64,000 nt of DNA, taken from the human T2T-CHM13v2.0 reference genome, Homo sapiens. The stretch is from assembly GCF_009914755.1 (NCBI RefSeq), contig NC_060936.1; one strand, written 5' to 3'. Below are positions 16,717-30,060 of this stretch, piece by piece; position 1 is the stretch's first letter, and every line of letters begins with the position of its first letter. Position numbers and translations under genes: made by a program. The notes below the pieces were generated by a model, which saw only the letters and a list, made by a program, of their open reading frames with translations, searched no databases and was not told where the DNA came from.

Positions 16717-19700
16717 TTGATTATTAATGATAGATTTTGTCTTCCATTAAAAAAAAAATTGCTGTATCAAAGTATATATAGAATATGTGCTATACCAGAA
16801 AAGTGAGCGAGTAAGGTTATGGTTCTTTTTTGTTTTCCTTTTCATAGGCACTGATGATTATCAGTGAGGTTGGGATAGTTTAGAATGTTCTTGTATGTTG
16901 GGTTAGAAAAATCCCTAGGGGAAAAACTGGTTTTGTTCTTTGAGTGGACAGTCCTAGCTGGTACAACGAGATGTGAGTAGATAAATGCAAACCAAACTCA
17001 AATCTCTTCTTTGTCTCTTATATTTATGAGAACATTTTGTTTATAAGTAACAGAAATCCAGTTTAAGCTTGCTTGAACACACCAGAGAATGTATAAACTC
17101 CCCTAACTGGAAATTCCTGGGTTGACTAGATGCAGGCCTAGTTAGATCTAGTGCCTGATTGTGTTTCAGGAATGTTTCTCCATTTTGTGGCTCTGGTTTC
17201 TTCTGGGTTTGCTCCATTTTCTGTGGTACTCTATAACAATGGGAAAGATGATTCCTGTATCTTTATAAACATAGATAGCATCCTTACTCTTCTCAATTTC
17301 AGAAGGAAAGAGAACTGTTTTGTCTCAGTGTCTGTATTAATCCCGGAAAAAGTTGTTGGACTGACCCTCCTGCAGTTCTGTGCCGTCTCTTGTTTGAAAC
17401 ACTGAGTGATGTGGGAGGGGCAACGAGTCACTTCCATTGACAGCACCTCCAGAGTTGGAATGGAATGGAGGCAAAACAGTTCTCTATAGGAAGATGACTG
17501 ATCCTAGGTAAAATAAGGTGCTTGCGGCTTGTGTTTAATGAATGCTGTGTGATACTGACAGTATTAAACTAATCTGTAAACTTTTAAAATGTGTATTTAT
17601 GCTCTGGTTAGCTGAATCTTTTGTATTGGCTAAGTCTAAAGGCACAGATACTTAAAAAAATAACTAAAAATAAACAGAAAAAATCTAGATATTTAAGGGA
17701 AAGCAGACAGGATGAGCTCAGTTTAATTTTTTGTTCATACGTTGACTTCGTGTTTAACCTCGTAGGCTTTAACACTGGGATCTCAATCTAGCGGCCTGTG
17801 GTCTGAATTAGGTCAGCAGATATGTTTTGTGTCGGCTTTCACAGTGTGTAATTTTTTTCTTTGTCACCTGGAATTCTTTCACATGAAGCACACCTGCTCC
17901 AGCACACTGTTCCTTCTACTTACTCCTCTTCTGTGTCCTGCTTCACCATGTATCTTACCATCATCTTTGCTGAACTAATTTGAATTTGTATCTTTTTCTT
18001 TTCTTGAATGAAAATACATATCTAGGTACTCCTACAAAGGCTCAAGTCCTCTTCATCTAAATAGTGTTATATTACTATATTTTTTATTATTTTTATTTTA
18101 TGAAAAAGAATCTTATGAGTTTAATGTATTCACACATATGTTCTTTACACTTTTTGCATCTGAAAGTGATGTCAAAGGGGGCCTCTTGCCTTGCAGTATG
18201 GGATATTACTTTTCTGGTTCCGATCCTTCATACATTTTTGGAAGAAAAGGAAACTGAACAATGAACACCTCTTCATTGAAATGTTTCTCTCTGTCTTATC
18301 CAATAGTCCCTGGTTAAAACGTTGCCCACCTCTTTGTGATACCTGTTGGACAAGGATTCAGAGTGTTTATCCAGGCTTATTCTTTACTGAGAAGAGAAAT
18401 GTATTCAATTAGAAAATTTCACTTGACATGTAATTTTAAAATTACATCTTAGGACTGTCTGTCTGTGGATGCATATATAAGTCATGACAGCATAGGAATT
18501 GACCTTCCCAATTCCTAGCGAAAAATCTGTACTGGAAAAGTGGTTATTGACAAGATCAGTTTTTCCCCGTAATTGTTGGAAATAGGTTATGTCGTAAGTG
18601 CCCAATATAGTTCCACGATATTTTTTACTAATATGATGGGTCTTTAAACCACACTTATCTGTCACCCTAAACGGAGAAGCTTAAATTCCACAAGAAATAT
18701 TGGCAATGATTGGAAAGTATTGGCTTTGACAGAATTCTGATATCAATAATTCTATTTTAAAATAGGTAAATTTTTCAGTCATTTTAAATCAAATATTTTA
18801 AAAATACACCAAGATAGATCCTTTGCAATATATAATATTATAAATATGTTTGGTATCATATTTATAGGAACATTTTTTCTACTTATTTGCATAGGTAGAA
18901 AAAAGAAAAGTTTTCTCATAGAAAGTTCAGAGACTGTTAAATAGTAAATTTTAGTTTTGAGATGTACCTAATTTGCTCTGGTGTACAGAAGTTAGTCCTT
19001 GTTCTATCTTAACTCCTAAAAGAGAAGGAAATTGCTTTGCTCAGTCTTTCTAGGACACATAACGTGATAATACCCCTTTGAGATAATAGCATGCATTAAT
19101 CACTTGTCCTATCATCAGTTACAGTTATGTCTCTTAAAGATGTTTATGACAGAGGCCTAGAACAAACCTAGTTGTATTAATTGGCGTGGAATACCTACAT
19201 TTGTTCATGCATTTTAGAAGCTTTAGGGAATCGTAAGCTTCTGTTAGGCCCTCAACATAACTTCTACATCTAAGTAGCACATAGGAATATTGTTATAGGT
19301 AAAGACAGAGGAAAAATAGAAATGATCTTGGAAAATATAAAGTAAGCAATAGTATGAGTGATGTAGATTTATATCTGAAATTTAAGGAACATTACCTTAT
19401 AAGATCATAAATATTTGAGGACAGCTTTTTTCAGGAATGAAATCAAATTATATCCAAGAGGTATATACAAAGAGTTATATTCCATGTTTGTAAAATGATG
19501 GGATAATTTTAATTTTTTTTCTTTAGTAGCAGTAGCTTCAATTACCTCTGTGTGCTAAATGTTCTTCTTAGTTCTTTACATATGTTATCATAGCTTTTCT
19601 TCAAAGGAAATCTATAACACAAGGAAGCTGAGACTCAGAGGTAATGTGTCTAAGGTCACACAGAAAATAAATAGAGGAGCCAATATATGAACCTAAGACA

Positions 19701-19737
19701 TTCTGATTGTGTATCTGTGCAACACTTGTATTTCTTT

Positions 19738-20450
19738 TTTAATTTTTAAAATTATACTTTAAGTTCTGGGATACATGTGCAAAACGTGCAGGTTTGTTAC
19801 ATAGGTATACACATGCCATGGTGGTTTGCTGCACCCATCAACCCGTCATCTACATTAGTTATTTCTCCTAATGCTATCCCTCCCCTAGCCCCCCACCCCT
19901 TGACAGGCCCCAGTGTGTGATATTCCCCTCCCTGCGTCCATGTGTTCTCATAGTTCAACTCCCACTTATGAGTGAGAACATGTGGTGTTTGGTTTTCTGT
20001 TCCTGTGTTGGTTTGCTATAATTATGGTTTCCAGCATCATCCATGTCCCTGCAAAGGACATGAACTCATCCTTTTTTATGGCTGTGTAGTATTCTGTAGT
20101 GTATATGTGCCACATTTTCTTTATCCAGTCTATCATTGATGGGCATTTGGGATTGTTCCAAGTCTTTGCTATTGTGAACACTGCTGCAATAAACGTATTT
20201 GTGCATGTGTCTTTATAGTAGAATGATTTATAATCCTTTGGGTATATACCTAGATTGCTGGGTCAAATGGTATTTCTGGTTCTAGATCCTTGAGGAATCG
20301 CCACACTGTCTTCCACAGTGTTTGAACTAATTTAGACTCCACCAGCAGTGTAAAAGCGTTGCTATGTCTCCATATCCTTTCCAGCATCTGTTGTTTCCTG
20401 ACTTTTTAATGATCGTCATTGTAACTGGCGTGAGATGGTATCTCATTGTG
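19738..20450 (-). mobile_element. L1PA 3' end (~710 bp, 5'-truncated)
   Basis: attatactttaagttctgggatacatgtgc (reverse complement of the L1PA 3' terminus). ORF 19966..20181 matches the ORF2 C-terminus. TSD gtatttcttt at 19728-19737 and 20451-20460. Confidence 0.92.
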
Positions 20451-21369
20451 GTATTTCTTTAGGCAGAAATAAACCAAAGTTTTGGGAAAAAAGCCTCAAT
20501 ATATATGTTTCAAATTTAGAAAAAAATAACCTTTATATGTAGAAATAAAATATTTAGAATTAAATCTATTAGAGAATATAAGGTTTTAGTAACTGTTAGT
20601 GAGTTTACTGAACTCATGGTATAGAATTTTGGTAAAAAAAATATCATTGGGTTTGCATACCTGTGCTAAGAGCTGCCTTCAAGAAGAAAGTGCTACCTAA
20701 GGCATTTTTAATTCTAAATCTATTAATTATAATATCATTTGATATCATTTGAATCCGTGCTTACAGACAATAGTTATATAATATGAAATTTAAACAGCAC
20801 TTAATTCTATTCTTAATAACAATAGATATCATGCATTTATTGTACAGCCTTGTATTTAGCCTTTTATTCATGTTGTCAAATTTACTAAAATCTGATATTT
20901 CATACAAGAAATTATTAAGACCAGGTTTAACAGATTTGCATTATGATGTTGATTTGTCTTTTCATGTATAATACATTTTCAGAGACAAAGCAGATGAATC
21001 GTGGCTCAGTGATTTACACAGTCAGATTTTATAAGTATAGAGTTCACTTTCAACCTCTTCGCTACACCACTCACTGCAATGTGAAATGTAATTGATTTTT
21101 AGACTAAGAAATAGTCAATGTCCTTTTGTTGTTGTTATGGATTTGTTTCGGTCTGTTCCAAATGATATTTAAAAAGGTAATTCAATAGAACATTAAATAT
21201 TGTATTAGGAATTAGATTTCAAAATGCAGATGAATTTAACATGCTATAATCAATTCTTGATTATCTTACCTAATGGAAGAATTATGTCTGTTGATGATAG
21301 AGATTTTGCTACTATAAGTTAATTGTCATTTTGTTCTGTGTTGTAAGAATCTTAGTAAATATCCAATCT

Positions 21370-22320
21370 GAGAAGCTAAGAAATGAGCAAGAAAATAAAC
21401 TAAAAATTTAAGAGTAGAGAAAATATAAATAAATCAGAATGCAGAGAAACAATAGGAAGTAATGCATAATCTAAGATCTTGTTCTCTGGAAGATCAGCAG
21501 CTTTGGGTAAGGGTAACGTAGGGCAAAATAAAAAATGTCAAATATACAATTTTAAGACTGAGAAAAGTTATAACTGGATATATGCTTAAAATAATAAAAC
21601 ACTAATAATATATATGAAAATCATACGAATATATATATACTTCTTCTTGGAAAATATTAATGGTCAATATTGGCCCAAGAAAAGATGGGCAATCTCAATC
21701 AAAAACCTTGGAAAACTTTGGAAACAATATTAAGGAATTATCTCGACAAGGAACTAAGTCAGGCGTTTCACAAGTGAGTTCTGTCAAATCTTCGATGAAG
21801 TGATATTTCATGCAATAATTAGACTTCTTATGTATTTTTTATGAAGCTAGATAAAACTGATTGCAATGTATCTGACTAAATTTAACACACACACACAAGG
21901 ACAACAACAACAACAAAACAGAACAAAAAGCAAATAAACAAGAACCATACAACCCACAAAAGGCCAGTTACACAACAAATATAAATGTATATACATGTCT
22001 TAAAATTAATATAATGGATGTAGCACATATTAAAGATTTAAACACCATTATCAGATAGGCTTTAGTCTAAGATTTGTGGTGGGATATTTAATATTACAAT
22101 TAAATTACTATACTCTTTCAATTTAAGAAGTCAGAGGATGAAAAAAATATCATCTCTAGAAATGCCAAGAAGGCATTTGACCAGCAGCTGCCTTGGAAAG
22201 CAAACTTATAAATAAACTAGGAATAAATAAATAATTCTATATCATAATAAATATCTGTCAAAAGTTAGTAGTAATTACTACATTTAATGTTGAAGCATAG
22301 TGGTCATTTCCATTAATATT
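21370..22320 (+). mobile_element. Highly decayed L1M ORF2 fragment
   Basis: A-rich sequence with L1-like motifs such as tcatctctagaaatgccaagaaggcatttgac and aaactaggaata. Confidence 0.5.
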
Positions 22321-22628
22321 CAGCTTCTTGGGGTAGTGACATTTTCTTATTCATTACTGTATCCCCCATCCCTAGAGAATTTCCAATTGCACTGATTTTT
22401 TTAAATAAGTTATGAAATCCATATCAGAGTAGAAAATATCCTATTTTTCAATAAGTGATAAGACTAGTAATGAGTATTAGGATAACCACATTCTTTGAAC
22501 TATGTAAGTATATTTTGATCATTATCACTGTATCTGGCTTATTATAAAGAGCTTTCTTGAATTGGACATTTGTTGTTTCATTTTCTTGCAGTTTCAGAAA
22601 CAAACACATTTATATTAGGGTTGACTCC

Positions 22629-23074
22629 TGTATTTGTTGTTTCCTAGGACTGCTATAATAAAAATACTACAAGGTACATAGCTTAAGATAGAAATTTATC
22701 ATTTCACAGATCTGAAAACTAGAAATTCGAAGTCAAGGTGTTGGCAGGGCCATGCTCCCTCTGAAACCTGTAAAAGAATCCTTCCTTGCCTTTTTTTTTG
22801 TGGTTTCTTGGCAATCTTTAGCATTTCTTGGCTTGCAGCTGCATAATTCCAATCTCTGACTTCATTGTCACATGATGTTGTCCTGTGTATTTCTATCTTC
22901 ACATGGCCATCTTCTTAAAAGGACATCAGTCATATGGGATTGGGGCCTACCCATAATAATGAATTACATCTGTAATGATCCTGTTTCCAAATAAGGTCAC
23001 ATTCTGAAATAGTGGAGGTTAGGACTTCAACATATCTTTTGAGGGGGTGAGGGGGACATAATTCAACCCATCAC
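22629..23074 (-). mobile_element. MLT1 (MLT1B/C-like) solo LTR
   Basis: gtcaaggtgttggcagggccatgctccctctgaa ... tttccaaataaggtcacattctga ... attcaacccatcaca. Confidence 0.82.
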
Positions 23075-23207
23075 ATTTCCTTACCTCCCTGTTAGTAGCT
23101 TCAGTGTAAAAGAGATAGGGCCCAGCCGGTCATTTTTAATGGGGAGAGTGAAAGAGTGGGACAGGTAAGACTCCTTTAAAAAGCTAACATTTTGAACAAA
23201 TGTCAAT

Positions 23208-23208
<1 letters not shown>

Positions 23209-23246
<38 letters not shown>

Positions 23247-23275
23247 ATGTGTGTGTGTGTATATATATATATATA
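23209..23275. repeat. (GT)n/(AT)n compound microsatellite
   Basis: Directly visible. Confidence 0.95.
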
Positions 23276-23362
23276 AAATGATGCCAAGAAATCTCTTAGG
23301 AAGAGGTAGTTTAGGTTGAGACAGCAATGAAAGAAAGATGTGGTGAAGAATTGACACCATAG

Positions 23363-23678
<316 letters not shown>

Positions 23679-24199
23679 TTTTTAGATTCAATCCTAATAA
23701 GGGTATGAGAGATGTTCTTGAAAATTCAGGGCCAGGTTTTGAGAATATTTGAGAGGTTACAATGGTCAGAGATTGCAGAATACAATTGGTGAGACTACTT
23801 GACGTAGAGTTTAAAAACAGTTTGGCCTGTGAGAAGTGAGGACTGGTGGAAATGTGAGGAAAAGTAATACTTCAGGACAGGGTTTCCTACCAAGCTCCAT
23901 AGTAGGGATATGTGTTGGGGATAGAGGGACGTGTTTAGTTGATGCCAGGTAAGCTGATTGGTCTCCTAAAATAGATAATTTCAGAGAGATTATCAAGCAG
24001 GAGTGCCCAGAAGTGTTGGGCATGTCTGACAGAGCGAATGAGACTGAGAGATTTTGTTATAATGCTGTTGGCTTGAGGTCACCAGTGCTCTTGGTGTACA
24101 ACTCAGCCGGCCCTTTACTAATTCCTGGAATGAAGTGGGGCAGCTTGCAGGTACCTGTGTTTTCATGTGGCAAGAGCAAGGCCTAATGCCTAGTATATA

Positions 24200-25448
24200 A
24201 CGTTCATTTTGTCTTAATTGGTAAATATCAATTAATACACAAATATACTCTTGTGAAACATTCAAATAATAATACTGAAGAATATGGAGTAAAACATAGA
24301 AGTCCCTATTATTGCATTCCTCATGTCCTTTTCCTCCTCTAGTATAGATCTTACTACGTTTTTGGTAAGCATTTATACATGTGGTTATGTATACACTTTA
24401 AAGTTTTTTCCCCTGCATATATGAATCATTATTAATTTTTGACTTTTTTACGTGTGTGCAGATACGTCAGAATTCGTATAATCGTCTTCATTTTAAGTTG
24501 TTTATATTGGAGGTGTTAAGATCAACAACATTAATGAATGCTCAGTGGGATGATTTCAAAACTATATTGCTTCATTTTCCATTTTTCTAATTACAAGTGC
24601 AGTTGAGTAATTTTTCTTATGTTAATTGGCTCTTTGTAATTTTCCTGGGGATTTACTGTTTATATTTCTTGTCTAATTTTCTATTGTGTAGGCTTTTTTC
24701 TTTTTCTTACTGAGTCGTAGGGTTGAAAACTTATGTGTAAGCACACAAACCTATTTTGCATATATTTTCAACTAATTTTTAACATATCACTTTTACTTAT
24801 AGCATTTAGTGTAACTTTAATTTCTATATAGAAAAAAATCCCTAAGTTCTCTAATTTAAGCCCTCTGTATTTTGTGTCTCTCTGAAAATGACCATTTGCA
24901 GCCTAATATGCTTTTAAATTTGATATTTTTGGGGTTTTAAAGTTATTTTTGCTTCTTTGTTTAGATCATCAGTCTACTCTGGATTCATTATTTTTTTGTA
25001 TTAAGGTATAATTTTTTCCAATGAAAACTAAAATTCCCATTATAATTTATTGGATACTTACCTATCATCTAGAATAAATTTACCTAAAGTGGATATGTTT
25101 ACCTATCCAATTATTGGATAGCTACCTATCACTTAGAATAAATCCCTATATAAACACAGTTCATTGCTATGGACTCTATTCTGTTCTGTTGGTAACCCCT
25201 GTCAAGATCAAGTTGTTTCACCTACTATGATATGTAGGAAATTTATATTTTAAAAGGCAAACCTCTCATCCTTGTTATTTGTTTCCCACACTTCTTGATT
25301 ATTCCTGTGTGTTTTATCTTCAATGTGAACTTGACCCATAGACTTCTTAAGTTAACTGGAAGTCCAGTTAGGGTTTTCATCGGTTTTGCAGTGATTGTAT
25401 ATTAAAGTAAGGAGAGCTGACATTGTTATACTCTTGAATTTTCTCTTC
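24200..25448 (-). mobile_element. Decayed L1M fragments
   Basis: T-rich text with L1 antisense motifs such as ggagagctgacattgttata and tggactctattctgttctgttgg. Confidence 0.5.
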
Positions 25449-25465
25449 CAGATACATGTATTTCT

Positions 25466-25806
<341 letters not shown>

Positions 25807-26317
25807 TCAATTTTCAAGATTTATTAAAATTTTGTATTTGGTTCTCAAAGGTCTCACATATTTGAGGTTAATTTATTCTTAGTTTTTTATAAATTATTTT
25901 TAATAATGAGAATTAGATTTTTTATCTTTTATTCTATTTTAAATTGGTCATTCCTGGTTATTTACATTTTTTCCTAGATATGCGTAATTTCAATTTTTTG
26001 CTGTTGTTTCTGTATCATAAATCTTACTTTCATTAGAAGGTTCTTTCTTGGAGTTTTCCCAAATATGTTTTGCTTTTTTTTTTTCCTCTGGTGGGGCCTC
26101 TGCACATACTATTTGTGCTGCCTGCAACATTCTCTCTCTTTCCTTCCCCTTCTGACCTCTTTCCACCCCTTATGACATCTTTCTATCCTACCCCCACCTT
26201 TTTTGCATAATACCTATACATCCTTTTTTTTTCTCAGCTTAAGCAACACTTTCTGGGGAGGTTTCTGGATACCTCTCCCACTTTCAGATGTGAAAGCCTC
26301 CTAGGTCTCACAAAGCC

Positions 26318-26611
26318 ACTAATACTTGGCTCTTTTTAATCTGGATTATGTTAACATTTGTGATAGTATGTGCCTCTTTATATAAAGGAACATAGTATCA
26401 CAAATGTTAACATGACCCAGATTATAAAGAGCCAAGTATTTATGGTATTTGTGATACCATGTCCTATACCATATAAAGGAACAAGGTATCACAAAATACC
26501 ATAACGGAGAATACATAAATACGATATAAAGGGAACATGATATCATATATATAAAGGGGAACATGGTGTCACAAATGTTAATATCCAGATTAAAAAGAGC
26601 CAAGTGTTAGT
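26318..26611. repeat. Nested inverted/direct repeat complex
   Basis: 26321-26380 is the imperfect reverse complement of 26381-26440. There is a second hairpin at 26441-26503 and a further copy of the right arm at ~26549-26611. Confidence 0.9.
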
Positions 26612-26649
26612 TGCATTGTGATATTTAGGAGGGAGATCTATCTTTCTTA

Positions 26650-26776
26650 TATTTTTTTTAAAAGATGGGATCTCACTGTGTTGCCAGGCTAGATTTGAAC
26701 TGCTGGGCTCAAGTGATCTTCCTGCCTCAGCCTCCCCAGTAGCTGGGACTATAGGCACATGACACCACACCTGGCT
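26650..26776 (-). mobile_element. Alu monomer (FLAM-like) within an L2 3' end
   Basis: ctcactgtgttgccaggctagatttgaactgctgggctcaagtgatc. L2 tail follows at ~26780-26870. Confidence 0.75.
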
Positions 26777-27208
26777 CAGTGCCCATGTACCATTTTCCCC
26801 TAGCACTGAGCACAATATCAGGCACATAGGCTTCAAACTGTGTATATGTTAATAAACTAATGAATGAATTAATAAGCTAATGAGTTAAATCATGCATATG
26901 TTGATTAATAACCTAATGGACTAATTAATGAGATAATAAACTAATGAGTAATCTAATAACTGGATATAAATCAACAGAGTTCAAGTTTGCTGACCCCTTG
27001 TCCTGTCCTTGCAACCTGTCTGACCCACTTCTTTTCTAGCTTGCATTACTGGCCATGTGTTCTTATCTGATTCTGAATGTTGATTGATTCCACAACTTTT
27101 ATCTATTATATATGTCTTTGAAACAATCATTGTCCACAAAGCATAAAAGCAGTAAAATTCCCTCCCTGAGACCATTGTTATTGTATACCTACTGATGTGG
27201 GATAATGA

Positions 27209-27506
<298 letters not shown>

Positions 27507-29768
27507 GGGATAATGATTTTGAAATATAGTCTTACAAACTCTATTGTAAAGGATTAAGTTCTCTTTTCTTTCTTCCTACCAAACCTTGGATATATTTTCT
27601 TTATTGAATACACATTGAAAACATATTTTAATTCAGAATTGATAAGAGAATATAATGAATATGTTACTTAAATGGATAACCAGCCAAGGGATATTTCAGC
27701 AAAATACACTTCAATAGCTCCATTTGTTAATCAGAAAAAATTAAATAGTAAATAGTGAAGTATATACTTGTATTCTGATTTATTATTAATAGGATAAGAT
27801 GTTTCCTGGTTCTTAAAATATCAGTCTGTCCTTTAAAGGGCTACTTGGGGTATAAGTGGCTATGTAACTGACTTTTGTTCATAGAAACATGTTGTTTAAA
27901 TTTGTCTTTTAGTTTTTCAATTATAATTTGTAGAGTTACTATCATATTTTTCTGTAGGAAAAACATAAGAATATAAATAGCCTTTTGAAAAAAATTTTGA
28001 AAGTAAAAAGTAATTATTTGAAACTAGGGCAAATTGACAATGTTTAATGATTTCATCAACCAGCTATACATTTGTGAATGTAAATTCTTGAATATACTTT
28101 AACATTAAATTATCCATTCTTGAGTTTTGGCCAAGACATACTATATTCAAGATATTTAGCTAAGTCGTTCTTGTCAAGATGCCAGACATGGATTAAGACA
28201 AGAATTACTACATGATGACCTGGACGTCTGCAGAATGGTAAAGGAGAAGTCAGAAAGGATTTTATGGAGAAGCTAGAGTTAAAATACATCTAGCTTAATT
28301 TTTTTATTTAGAAAAAAAAACAAAAGATGAAACATTTTCTTTCTATTGCAGGTTTTATGCTGTTTAGAATCATGTGTGATTATTAGTTAAAATTATAAAT
28401 TGTATATAACATAAAATTTTATCTTGCAGCATTCATTGGTTTCAGTAAGTTGCTGCAAGTGGTCTTAGGAAAGAAGCTGATCTGTTCAGGTGCCTGGTGC
28501 TTGGTTGCCTGGGGTGATTAGTCCTGGAGAGAGCTACTTATATAAACAAAGCATGCTGAAGGCTAAGAAAGTCCCTCTGTGTCAGTGTTTTTAAGAGATT
28601 TCGTTCATTATATTGTCATAGGTACTAGAATGACTCAATCTGAGCAAGTCTATATGGGAATCACAAGTTTGTTTGACAAGCTTGTCTCTCAATGTGTTGA
28701 AAACATTTAATTTGTAACAGCGTCAATCCAAGTAGTATTGGATGAATAAATTTATAATGACATTCATCTAAGACAGCCTGATGCTATGAAACCTCTTGGC
28801 TGCAGCTCCTCCTTTCCTGGAAAGTGCTGAGACAATTGCTATTGGCATTTGACTCTAAATTTACTTTTCCAGAGCTTTCAAAGTTTCATCACCTCCTGCT
28901 CCCTACACACTTTTACATTTTGTACTCAGTTGTTGCACTAATATGGTCAGTTACACTGCATCCCTGCTAGTTTTGGAGGTATCTTTTTTGTCCACAGTTG
29001 ATTTTGCACTCCTGTTCTCTGATTCACTGTGATTGATTTTACAGTTTAGCTCTCAAGGTGAAATTTATCTTCCTGCCACTCAAAATCCTCAATTCTTATA
29101 GCACCTATTTCAAACATCACTAGTTTTCACATAATTCTGAGAAAGAATGAGCAATTCTAAAGTTCAGTCAAGACTGATTATGTCTTTTGAGTATATTTAT
29201 AAATATGAATTTACATTTTGGAAATAAGGATCTATTAATTTATTCAACAAATACTGAGTACCTTCAGAGTGATAGACATCATATTAAAAGATGGGAATAA
29301 GCTGACAAAGTGTAGTTTCTACTCTCAAGTAACTTGAAGTCTGGATGTAAAAATAGAATGTTATGTAATAAAGTGACATCTTTTCTGAGTGATATGCTTA
29401 TATTATCGTGACAAGGTATACAAAGAAATGTAAATCAGCCTGAAGGAAAGAGAAATGAAAAAGAAAAGAATAGAGGAGTCATACTAGAAAGACAGGTAAG
29501 TAAGGTGGTTTGGGGGAATTACTTTTCAGTGTTGGCTAAGTTTGAGGTGACTATTGAACATCCAGTGGGCAACTGGAATGTGTTTCCATAGTTCATGAGA
29601 GCATTTTGAGCTAAAGGGTATAGATTTTGGTGTCATAATTATGTAAATTAAAACTGAAAATAAATAATGTGTATGTGAATAATATGCATAAGAATAAATG
29701 GAAGAACCATGGGTGGAATCCTAGGGAATACCGATATTTAAGGAGATCGATAGAAAAAATAGAACCCT

Positions 29769-30060
29769 GGCTGGGCATGGTGGCTCACACCTGTAATCCC
29801 AGCACTTTGGGAGGCCAAGGTGGGCGGACCACGAGGTCAGGAGATCGAGAACATCCTGGCTAACACGGTGAAACCCTATCTCTACTAAAAATACAAAAAA
29901 TTAGCTGGGTGTGGTGGCGGGCACCAGTAGTCCCAGCGACTCCCAGGCAGGAGAAAGGCGTGAACCCGGGAGGTGGCGCTTGCAGTGAGCCGAGATTGCA
30001 CCACTGCACTCCAGCCTGGGTGACAGTCTCAAAAAAAAAAAAAAAAAGGAAAAGAAAAAG
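29769..30060 (+). mobile_element. AluY-like
   Basis: gaggtcaggagatcgagaacatcctggctaacacggtgaaacc and ggcgtgaacccgggagg. TSD-like aaaaa(a/g)tagaa(c/a)cct. Confidence 0.88.

Noticed and set aside
26346-26603. 85-aa ORF with an internal repeat (NICDTMF twice)
   Set aside because: A by-product of the DNA repeat structure, with no sign of coding.
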